64,000 bases of DNA from Fibrobacteria bacterium (lineage in GTDB: Bacteria > Fibrobacterota > Fibrobacteria > UBA5070). The notes beneath the pieces were generated by a model. That model did not search any database and was not told where the DNA came from. It saw nothing but the letters and a program-made list of their open reading frames with translations. Shown here one piece after another: positions 29,704 to 38,591 of this stretch. The DNA is taken from contig DAOPYN010000017.1 of assembly GCA_035352895.1 (NCBI GenBank), positions 1 through 64,000 on the forward strand, written 5' to 3'. The stretch's first letter is position 1. Each line of letters opens with the position of its first letter. The position numbers were made by a program, and so were the translations under genes.

Positions 29704-30885
29704 ATGGATGAAGGCATGGCCACCCACTTCCTGGGAGTGGGCTACCCCTACGGCGCCTGCGGGGTCCCCGACGAGGTCGCCGCGTGGGAAGGCGCCCAGG
29801 ACACCCTTTCGGGCCAAGCCAACCCGTTTGACTACGTGGCCCTGAACGTGTACCACACCCCGGGTCGCTACGACATGCCCGCCCCGCACCCCATGGTGGG
29901 CGCGGACACCGCCTACATGGGCATGTACGACAACGGCCGCAACTGCGGCCGCTGGATCCGCTTCGAGCTCGGCGACACCTGCGACGGGGCCAACGACGGC
30001 GCGAAGAATGCCGATTTCTGTCGCGGCGGGACCGGATGGCACCCCAACGCCTACACCGGATCCGGAGGCTACGCGATCGTCTTCGACCAGTGCACCGACG
30101 GCAACGCATGGTGCCGCGACTCCAGGTACCACCTGGATCTCCACACACCCATCCTCTCGCATCTGCGCAAGGACGGCGCGCTCCTTCCCGCGCTCGCCCA
30201 ACCGGTGCTGGGACCGGACGGCAAACCGCAAGGGGACAAGAACAACCCCTGGGCCATCTACTACCAGGTGTCCGGGTTCCTGAATCCCAAGGTCCGGTGG
30301 GAGTTCGTGCCCGCGCCCTCCTACCAGGGCGAGCCCCGCTTCTGGTTTTCCGTGGATTCCAAGCCGTACTACTACCGCCTAATGGTGACCCATCTTCCGG
30401 ACGGCATCCATGGCGTGGAGCAACTGGTGGGATCCACGTGGAAGCCGGCGAAGATGGAAGGCGACATGGGACAGCTCTGGATCCTTCCCGATCCATCCAC
30501 CAGCTCCGTGACCGTGCGGTTGATCGATGCCCACGACAAGCCGGTGATGGGCGGGCGCAGCTGGAGCATGAACTTCCCCACCGCCTGCGGCGGCGTGTGC
30601 GAGAAACCCGCCACGGCGGCCGCCAACGTGGTGGGAAGCGGAGGCGTCCTGTCCACCTCGTCGACACCGCGCAACCGATCCATCCATCCCCGCGTCCTGG
30701 CGGATGGAACCCTGTGGATTCCCGGCACGCCCCAGGGATGGATCCAACTCCATCGACCGGATGGCCGAGCACTGGAACGCCTGGAGATCCGATCGGCGAT
30801 CGCGCGTCCCACCTCCCGCGGCCTGGTCGTCGTTCGCTGGACCCACGAGGGAATCGCCCGATCCGCATTCCTCTTGCTCCCCTGA
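29704..30885 (+). CDS. Expansin-like / GH45-like DPBB-domain protein with Arg-rich C-terminal domain; N-terminal region possibly frameshifted
   Basis: THFLGVGYPYGACG (expansin D1 GACG motif), YHLDLH (HFD-like motif), aromatic-rich second domain, C-terminal basic domain; a signal-peptide-like MNRIAASTLLGIV lies in another frame just upstream. Confidence 0.5.
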   Translation: MDEGMATHFLGVGYPYGACGVPDEVAAWEGAQDTLSGQANPFDYVALNVYHTPGRYDMPAPHPMVGADTAYMGMYDNGRNCGRWIRFELGDTCDGANDGAKNADFCRGGTGWHPNAYTGSGGYAIVFDQCTDGNAWCRDSRYHLDLHTPILSHLRKDGALLPALAQPVLGPDGKPQGDKNNPWAIYYQVSGFLNPKVRWEFVPAPSYQGEPRFWFSVDSKPYYYRLMVTHLPDGIHGVEQLVGSTWKPAKMEGDMGQLWILPDPSTSSVTVRLIDAHDKPVMGGRSWSMNFPTACGGVCEKPATAAANVVGSGGVLSTSSTPRNRSIHPRVLADGTLWIPGTPQGWIQLHRPDGRALERLEIRSAIARPTSRGLVVVRWTHEGIARSAFLLLP

Positions 30886-30963
30886 TCCTTCATCGGAATC
30901 GGTGCGCGACGGACACCTCCGCCATGCTAGATTCACCGGCACGCACTTCCATCCAGGACCACA

Positions 30964-32209
30964 GATGAAATCCGCAATCCGCATCGTTCCCGCACTGCTG
31001 GGTCTTTCGGCGACCGGCTGGTCGGGCGCCGTGACCACGGTGCCCTGGAACGGCCACAAGGGCGCCATCACCTTCACCTTCGACGACGGCTGCTCCACCC
31101 ATCTGACCAACGTCCTTCCCGCCCTGAAGGACCGGAAGCTCACGGCGACGTTCTTCCTCATCGGAAACTCCGATTTCTCCTCGCGCAAGGAGCAGTGGAA
31201 GGCCGCGGCCCTCGAGGGCCACGAGCTGGCCAACCACACCACCCTGCACGACGATCCGAGGTCCCTGGACTCGGCCAAGATCGCCACCGAGATCGGCGAC
31301 CAGGCCAAGGCGCTGCGCGCGGTGGATCCCGCCGTGGAAGCCGTGACCCTGGCCTATCCCTACTGCGGCACCAACGACATGGTGAACCGGATCGCCGACC
31401 GCGAGAACATCATCGCCCGCACCTGCGGCGGCTCCGGCCTCTTCGCCTGGAACTCCGTTCCCTCCGAGTGGATGAGCATGACCTCCTTCATCCTCCAGGA
31501 CGACGCTTCGGTCCCCGATGCGCTCAAGCAGATCGACAAGGCGGCCTCCGACAATTCCTGGCTGGTCACGCTCAACCACGGCATCGGCGGCGACTGGAAC
31601 TTCATCGGGACCACCCAGGCGATCTCCATGTTCGACCGTGCCGTCGCATCGAAGGCCTGGGTGGCCACCTACCAGACCGTGGCCGCCTACTGGCGCGCGT
31701 CCAAGACCATGGACACGGTGAAGGCCAGCCCGTTCTCGGCCGGCTGGGACCTGCGCTGGACCTCGCCGCATCCCCGCATGCCCAGAAGCGTGAAGCTCCG
31801 CGTCAAGCTCGACACCAACGTGTTCAGAAGCTCGCCCAACGTGACCCAGGACGGCACCCCCATCGCCCGCGAAGCGGACGGCTCCTACGTGATCGAATTC
31901 ATGAAGCTCGCCCTGAACGTGTTCAAGTCGAGTTCCGCGACCCCCCGGAGGAGCCATCCTCATCAGCCGACGGTCGTCCGATCGAACAACCTCGGAGAAT
32001 GGCATCTGGAGGGGATCGAAGACGGAGTCTACTCCTATGCGCTGCTGCAAGCCGATGGCACCAGGATCGGCGAAGGAAACCTGGTGGCGCGGGGGCGTTC
32101 GGCCACCGTCACCTCGCGTTCCGACTCCCCTCGCGCGGACGTGCTGGAATTGCGTTCTCTCACAGGTCAGGCAGACCGCAGTCTGATCCGCCTCCCAGCC
32201 CTGCGCTGA
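30964..32209 (+). CDS. Carbohydrate esterase family 4 polysaccharide deacetylase (acetyl-xylan-esterase-like), secreted
   Basis: Signal peptide MKSAIRIVPALLGLSATGWSGA; NodB motif ITFTFDDG; His motifs of CE4; Arg-rich C-terminus. Confidence 0.8.
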
Positions 32210-32308
32210 AGGGCGTTCGCCGCGACAGGCGTGCCGCATCGCATTCCATCCCGCACGGATTCCGGTTTCGCATTGATTCGTGGCTCGCCCGGAAGGCGTA
32301 CCTGCGCC

Positions 32309-33580
32309 TCAGGTGCCGATCGGATTTCGAGGTTTCGACAGGACCGCCCGCAACCCGGCCAGGATCGCCACCCCCACCACACACCAACCCACCCCGACCA
32401 ACCCGAAGCGATCCGCCATCCTTCCCACCAACGGTGCGCCGATCATCACGCAGAAGGAAGATAGCTGGGCTTCCACCGACAGCACCGCCGCGCCGTACCT
32501 GGAATCCGACGCATCGTCCAGCCGGTCGATGAGCAAGGGTCTCCATACGTTCTCCAGGACCACCATCAAGACGAATCCCGACAGAGACAGGGCCGCGGCT
32601 CCGGCGAAGGAGCCTTCCGAACGGATCCCGAGCACGATCGACGATCCCACCAGCAGCAGCCCCAACCACAGGAAGGGAAACCGGCTTCTGGACAAACGAT
32701 CCAACCGATGCGACTGCCTGCTTGCCAAGGCCGACACGACATTCAATCCGAAGTAGAGAACGGCCAGGACGATGGAAGAACGCCGGAACCCATCCAGCCC
32801 GGAAAGCGCGCCACCAAGAGCCAGGAATGCGGTCGATCCCACCACCAACGGTTGCAGGTAACCTCGCACGGACTTTCCCGTCGCCTGGAGGATCGCCGAC
32901 TGGACGAACAACCCGCGCAGCTCCCGATGGGCCAGACAGGCCCGCGTCTCGCTCCACATGGTCCGGAAAAGGCCGCCTGCGGACCTCGACGTCCTTCCGA
33001 TCTCGCCCTCCAGGATCTTTGGATAGGTCCCCACGTTGAACAAGTTCAGGACGTATGGAACGATGGCCCAAAGGAACACGCGCTCGTAGCTTCCGGAGAT
33101 CAGCACCATCGCGCCGGAAAGCAAAGCGGACACGGCCGAGCCCAGTTTCGACCACGAACGTGTGAAGCCATAGATCCGCGGCTTCTCGGATTCCCTCCCG
33201 GTCAGACGCAGATGATGGAAGATCATCGCCTTGTGGGTACCGGAGCGGAAGGATTCCCCGACGGCGAAAGCGAACATGGAAACGAACAACCAAGGAATCG
33301 ATCGCGTCAGGCCGAAGCCCAGGAAGGAGGCGATGTAGGCGCAGAAGCAAACGAGCAGGGAGGTCTTGCGACCATGGAAATCCGCCAGGAAACCCGCAGG
33401 GACGCCCATCAGGTTCACGCAAACCTCGCGGAAGGAAAACAAGAGTCCGATCTGGAAGAACGACAGTCCCTTGGCTTGGAGCACCAGAAAGAAAAACGGC
33501 TCGTAGTACTGCTGGTTCTTCAGGAACCCGTAGAGGCTGAATCTCCACAGGAGCGGATCCGGAGAGCGATCGATCGACAT
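32309..33580 (-). CDS. MFS transporter
   Basis: About 12 TM helices; MFS loop motif GFLADFHGRK between TM2/3. Confidence 0.8.
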   Translation of the reverse strand: MSIDRSPDPLLWRFSLYGFLKNQQYYEPFFFLVLQAKGLSFFQIGLLFSFREVCVNLMGVPAGFLADFHGRKTSLLVCFCAYIASFLGFGLTRSIPWLFVSMFAFAVGESFRSGTHKAMIFHHLRLTGRESEKPRIYGFTRSWSKLGSAVSALLSGAMVLISGSYERVFLWAIVPYVLNLFNVGTYPKILEGEIGRTSRSAGGLFRTMWSETRACLAHRELRGLFVQSAILQATGKSVRGYLQPLVVGSTAFLALGGALSGLDGFRRSSIVLAVLYFGLNVVSALASRQSHRLDRLSRSRFPFLWLGLLLVGSSIVLGIRSEGSFAGAAALSLSGFVLMVVLENVWRPLLIDRLDDASDSRYGAAVLSVEAQLSSFCVMIGAPLVGRMADRFGLVGVGWCVVGVAILAGLRAVLSKPRNPIGT

Positions 33581-33799
33581 CGGTCTCCAATCATAGGAAC
33601 CAACCGGCCGTCAATGGAGCCCGCCCCGTTTCCGGCGCCATCAGCACCGGTCGCTGTCGGTTCTCCTGGACGATTTCCCCGCCCCGGCGACTTCTCCCGG
33701 AGGGATGGACGGACAATCGAAGACAACATCCGTCTGGAATCCGGATCACCCCCAGCGACGGGGCAAGCCGGATCCTCGCCTTTCCCTGGAAGCGAATCC

Positions 33800-35146
33800 C
33801 TATCCGCGCAGGACCAGCCGACCCACCATTTCCTGGACCACTTCCCGTTCGCCCAGAAGCGCCGTTGGATGGAACAGGTGGTGGAGCATCCTCCTCACCA
33901 TCCCTTCGGTGTGGAACTCGAAGGAATCGAAGCGATGGGATTCGCTCGCGGAGGTCGCGTCGAAGGAAACGATCCGTGGCCGATCCCATCCGCGTTCCCT
34001 GACAAGTTCCAGAAGCACCACCGCGGCCATGTCGTTGACCACCACCCATACGGGTACATCCCGCAGAGTGGGATCGTCCAGGAACCCGGAAAGGACCCTG
34101 CGCAGGATGCGCTCGCCACCGCGCGGGCCGCGCCCGATCTCGTCCATGTGCCAACGGCTGTGGTAACGGACCTCGATGCACTCGCGGACGGTTCCCCCCG
34201 TGGCGGAAAGCGCCCTGCGCAAGCCCAAAAGTCTCGCCCGCGACCAGTCGTTTCCATGGTATGGGGAGATCCAGGCCGCTTCCGGACAACCTTCGGAGGC
34301 CAGGCGGGCACCGACGGCCTCGCCGGGCCCGGATCCGAAGGAAAGATTGAATGCCGCCATCGCGGATCCGGCCACGCGGGAGGGGCGGTAGTCCTCCACG
34401 GCACGCTCCCACCATACGGAAACGGGCAGGGACCAGCGGCGCACCGCGGCCAGCAGCCTCTGGGGATCGTGGACCAACCAAGTGGACACGATCACCCCGA
34501 TGGGAACGCCGGAGTGATGCATCTCTTCCAGCAAGGCACCGGAGGCGTCCAGGAACCGGATCCCCGCCGGGGTCTCGTGGCAGCCCACCACGTGCACGCG
34601 CAGATCCCGTTCCGATGCCTCCCGCCGCACCGATTTCATGAAATCGATCTCGCGCTCGGTGTCCAGGAGGATCCGTCCCCGATCGTCGCACCGGACCACC
34701 ACCAGCACCGCCCCCAGGGAGCCCTGCAGGACCGGGGAAGGAAGGAAGTACGACCTGCCTCGGCGCACCAGCATGCCCGCGGCGACGCGTTCTTCCAGAA
34801 ATTGTCCAATCCTTCGCGGGGAAACCCCGTAGAGGATCGCCAGTTCCTTGCGCGCGGGAAGCGCCTTGGAGGGATGGAACACCCCACGCCGAAGATCTGT
34901 CCCGAGCCTTTCCCGCCCGTCGCGTTCGGCATCGGAGATTCCCGGCGCGGCAAGGTCGGGGCGAGCCCCCCAGAAGGCCCCCTTGCGGTCCAGAACGTGG
35001 ATTTCGCCGCGCGAGGCGAGATCGCCCAACGCCTTCTGGACGGTCTGCGGAGACGCTCCGAAGGTTTGGGCCAGGGAACGGATGGAAGGGAGGGGGCCAT
35101 GGGTCGCGCGGGCTTCCAGCAGCCGTTGGACGACGAGTTCACGCAT
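33800..35146 (-). CDS. GntR-type regulator with C-terminal sugar-binding-like domain (paralog of 28215-29570)
   Basis: Colinear similarity to the other regulator along the full length (e.g. RRGVFHP, VWWE, RPRI(L/V)SFD.TSASE.H.FDSFEFHT.GMVR.ML). Confidence 0.7.
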   Translation of the reverse strand: MRELVVQRLLEARATHGPLPSIRSLAQTFGASPQTVQKALGDLASRGEIHVLDRKGAFWGARPDLAAPGISDAERDGRERLGTDLRRGVFHPSKALPARKELAILYGVSPRRIGQFLEERVAAGMLVRRGRSYFLPSPVLQGSLGAVLVVVRCDDRGRILLDTEREIDFMKSVRREASERDLRVHVVGCHETPAGIRFLDASGALLEEMHHSGVPIGVIVSTWLVHDPQRLLAAVRRWSLPVSVWWERAVEDYRPSRVAGSAMAAFNLSFGSGPGEAVGARLASEGCPEAAWISPYHGNDWSRARLLGLRRALSATGGTVRECIEVRYHSRWHMDEIGRGPRGGERILRRVLSGFLDDPTLRDVPVWVVVNDMAAVVLLELVRERGWDRPRIVSFDATSASESHRFDSFEFHTEGMVRRMLHHLFHPTALLGEREVVQEMVGRLVLRG

Positions 35147-35277
35147 GGTCCGAACAATACAGTTGATACAGTCATGCAGGCAAGGCGCGATTTCCAGTGG
35201 CGTTCACCGAACCGAACCGGCTAGGTTCCCCAATCAGGAACGGGTCTTCCACGGCGAAGCCCTCCGGAAAAGGGAAA

Positions 35278-36345
35278 CACATGTTGCGGAGATGGGTATT
35301 GATGGCGATGGCGGCTCTGGCCCCGGTCGGGGCCGCGGAGATGAAGATCGGCGCCTGGGTGGGAGGTTTCTACGGAGAGAGCTACCCCCAGCCGGAGAAG
35401 GAGAACGTGGATTCGTTCCAGGTCCTTCAGGGAAGGAAGCTGGATTTGATCAGCTACTTCGCCATGTTCAACGAATCCTGGGCCAACACCCGCCCCTACG
35501 CGAAGGTGGCCGACGCCAACGGATCCATCCTGCTGGTCACCTGGATGGCCAACGGATACCCTCTGGACTCCATCCTCGCGGGTCGTGCGGACCTGCGCAT
35601 CCGGGCCTACGCCGCCGGCATCAAGGCCTGGAAGAAGGAGGTCTGGCTGCGTCCCCTCCACGAGGCCAACGGCGACTGGTACGATTGGGGCATCGGGAAG
35701 GCGGGCTCCGGAAACACCAGCGCCAAGTGCATCGCCGCCTGGAAGCACATCGTCAAGATCTTCCGCGACTCGGCGGTGACCAACGTGAAGTGGGTGTGGA
35801 CCACCAACGCCACCAACAGCGGTTCGGGCACCAGCCTGATGGGCCACTACCCCGGCGACGACTGGGTGGACTACAACTCCATCGACGGCTACAACTGGGG
35901 AAACACCCAGAGCTGGTCCACCTGGAAGAGCTTCGAGGAGACCTTCACCCCGGCCTACTCGCTTCTGGCCAAGCAGTCCAAGCCCATCCTCATCGCGGAA
36001 TTCTCCTCCACCGAACACGGTGGCGACAAGGCCGCCTGGATCAAGGAGATGTTCCAGGTCCTCCCCACGAAGTTCCCGAAGATCATGGGCTTGATGTGGT
36101 TCTCCCAGTCCAAGAGCGCCGAAGCCGATTGGGCCCTGAACACATCCCCGGCCGCCCTGGAGGCCTGGAAGGAAGGGATCGCCCAGTTCCCCTTTTCTTC
36201 GGCTGCTCCCCGGATCGCGCCCGCGTCCGCCGCGAAGCCCGCACCCAGACTGCAAGGAGGGTCGCTCCAGTGGGGCTTGACCCCCGCCAACACGGATCGC
36301 GGCGAAACCTTCAGCGCCTCCGGTCGGTTGCAGCGCGGACGCTGA
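35278..36345 (+). CDS. Glycoside hydrolase family 26 (beta-mannanase-type), secreted
   Basis: Signal peptide MLRRWVLMAMAALAPVGAAE; GH26 acid/base region WLRPLHEANGDWYDWG; nucleophile region ILIAEFSS. Confidence 0.7.
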   Translation, partial: HMLRRWVLMAMAALAPVGAAEMKIGAWVGGFYGESYPQPEKENVDSFQVLQGRKLDLISYFAMFNESWANTRPYAKVADANGSILLVTWMANGYPLDSILAGRADLRIRAYAAGIKAWKKEVWLRPLHEANGDWYDWGIGKAGSGNTSAKCIAAWKHIVKIFRDSAVTNVKWVWTTNATNSGSGTSLMGHYPGDDWVDYNSIDGYNWGNTQSWSTWKSFEETFTPAYSLLAKQSKPILIAEFSSTEHGGDKAAWIKEMFQVLPTKFPKIMGLMWFSQSKSAEADWALNTSPAALEAWKEGIAQFPFSSAAPRIAPASAAKPAPRLQGGSLQWGLTPANTDRGETFSASGRLQRGR

Positions 36346-36348
36346 GAC

Positions 36349-38427
36349 TCAGGGAAGAACGGTGTGGAGCTGCCCTCCCAAGGGCAGCAGCCGGATGGCG
36401 ACGGATCCGTGGAGCGATTCGGGAAGCTCGGAGGTAGTCCGGGCTCCCAGCACCTGGAGAAGCTCTCCGGAAACGGAGCGCACCTCGAACCGGGCGTTCT
36501 CGGGCAAGTCGCCGGACACGATCAGCTTCCTTCCCTCCAAGCGGAAGCTGCGGACCTGGGCCACCGGTTGGACCGAAGCCACGGGAGGGGGAACTTCCTT
36601 GGCGGTCCACATCTGGTTTTTCGTGGCCCAATAGCGATACGGCATGACCTTGGCGCCATCGGCCAGGGACTTCTCGCCGCCATCCACGTCCAGCGACTTG
36701 CCGGAGCAGCCGTTGACGATCTGCAGGGTCCCGGTGCCGTCGTCGACGACCTTCCAGCGGCTGGCCGATCCGGTGTCGGCGACCACCACCAGCTCGGCGC
36801 CGTCCTGGACCGACGAGCCCGCCACCGACAGCCGTTTGCCGTCCTGCTCCAGGGCCCATTCGCCGCCGTCCAGCTTCCGCGCCTTCCACGCCTGGGAGGC
36901 CTTGCCGGAATCCGTCCACTGGACGATGCCGGAGGCCGAAGCGGTGAGCGCCTTCCCGCTGTGGGATGCCTTGAAGGTGTACCACTTGCCGTCCGACAGA
37001 GGCGAGACGGGAACGATCTCCCACTGCTGGTTGGCCTTCCCCTTGTAGATCCCCAGGGCGATGCCGCCGGGAGCGGAGGCGGGGATCTCCATGATCTTGC
37101 CCAGGGTGTTCTCGGCGATCATCCGCCACGTCCCGGGAGCGGAGGCCACCAGGTGCCACTTCTGGTTCCACGCATCCGACGGCGTGTACTGGAGGATCTT
37201 GGCGCCCACCTCCCGCGAGGCGCCGTTGACGTCCATGCGCATCCCGGACAGCACCGAGGAGAACCGGTACTCGGAATTGCCCAGGCTCTCCAGCTTCCAG
37301 CGCTGCGCGATGGTGCCGGAATCCGTCACCACGGCCACGGGACCCGTGCTGGACTTGGAGGGTGCGGCCAGGACCTTGCCGGTTTCCTTTGAACGGATGG
37401 TGTAGATGCCGGTCTGGAAGAACGGCTCGCCGCGCACCCAGCCGGAATCGGCGACCGGGTACCAGCGGTCCATCCAGGGCATGGAGACCGCCCCGTTGGC
37501 GATGCTGAAGGGAAGGAGCACCGTGCGCGAGGATGCGAAGTCGTTGACCGACCAGCGGTCGCCCATGTAGACGAAATCCGTCCCGTTGTTCCCCGGCATG
37601 GGGAACGACCACCCCACCTGCGATTCGTAGGTGTGCGTCCCCGCCACGCCCAGGGTCTTGCCCGCCGACCACGGACCGGCCAGGGTCTTGGCCGTGAAGT
37701 AGCGGTTGTCGTTGAAGTCCCAACCCGTGCACCACGACATCAGCCAGTAGTACATCCCTCCGGACTTCACGATCGCATGGCCCTCGCACTCCATGTCGTC
37801 GGAGGCGTTGCCCCGGTAGATCTCGCGGACCACCTTGGTGTAGGTGTCGTCCAGCTCGAAGAGGCTCACGTTCTGGTTGCCCTTGGTGGTGCAGATCAGG
37901 TAGGCCTTGCCGTCGGCGTCCTGGTAGACGTTCAGATCGCGACTGTCCAGTTCCAACGGCCGGAAATGCCCCTGGAACTTGTAGTCGCCGTCGATCTTGT
38001 CGGAGGTGGCCCAGGCGACCTCGGCCACACTGTAGGCGTTGTGGCCCTCGTAGTGCATCCAGATCACGAATTGGCCGGTCTTCTTGTTGTGCAGGATCTT
38101 GGCCCGCTCCACGGTGGCCTTGTTGTCCAACAACGGATCCGAATCGTGCCGGAGGATCTGCTTGACGAAGGTCCAGTGCACCAGATCCTTGGAGGAATAC
38201 AGGTTGATCCCCACGAAATAGGAGTTGTCGGCGGCCCGATCCATGCCCCAGTGGTAGTAGATGCCGTCCACCTGGATGATCCCGCCTTCGGTGGCGGCCA
38301 CCACCTGGCCACGGTTGTCCTTCCAGTCGCCTCCGGGCACGATGGGCTCGGGGCAGGCCCAGGCGCTCCCCACGGAGAGAAGCAAGGTTCCGGCGATCGA
38401 TGCGAAGGCGCGAATTCCAGCGGCCAT
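36349..38427 (-). CDS. Glycoside hydrolase family 43 (5-bladed propeller) + ricin-type beta-trefoil CBM13 repeats + Arg-rich C-terminal domain
   Basis: Signal peptide; GH43 N-terminus GIYYHWGMDRA...LYSSKDLVHW; Q-x-W lectin repeats (QRWKL, QKWHL, QQWEIV, QAWKA, SRWKV, QMWTA); C-terminal basic domain. Confidence 0.85.
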   Translation of the reverse strand: MAAGIRAFASIAGTLLLSVGSAWACPEPIVPGGDWKDNRGQVVAATEGGIIQVDGIYYHWGMDRAADNSYFVGINLYSSKDLVHWTFVKQILRHDSDPLLDNKATVERAKILHNKKTGQFVIWMHYEGHNAYSVAEVAWATSDKIDGDYKFQGHFRPLELDSRDLNVYQDADGKAYLICTTKGNQNVSLFELDDTYTKVVREIYRGNASDDMECEGHAIVKSGGMYYWLMSWCTGWDFNDNRYFTAKTLAGPWSAGKTLGVAGTHTYESQVGWSFPMPGNNGTDFVYMGDRWSVNDFASSRTVLLPFSIANGAVSMPWMDRWYPVADSGWVRGEPFFQTGIYTIRSKETGKVLAAPSKSSTGPVAVVTDSGTIAQRWKLESLGNSEYRFSSVLSGMRMDVNGASREVGAKILQYTPSDAWNQKWHLVASAPGTWRMIAENTLGKIMEIPASAPGGIALGIYKGKANQQWEIVPVSPLSDGKWYTFKASHSGKALTASASGIVQWTDSGKASQAWKARKLDGGEWALEQDGKRLSVAGSSVQDGAELVVVADTGSASRWKVVDDGTGTLQIVNGCSGKSLDVDGGEKSLADGAKVMPYRYWATKNQMWTAKEVPPPVASVQPVAQVRSFRLEGRKLIVSGDLPENARFEVRSVSGELLQVLGARTTSELPESLHGSVAIRLLPLGGQLHTVLP

Positions 38428-38591
38428 GTCAAGTCTCCCGGGTCGTGAGGTGCGAACTGGGAATCTAGCCGCCCCGGATGGGCTACCGTGCCTGCTTTGT
38501 CCCGGCCAGGTCGAAAATTCTACAACAGGCCCCGAATGGCTACCTTGGGTTCCCCAATAACAAAGCCTATTTCGTTCCGGGGAGCCCCCAA

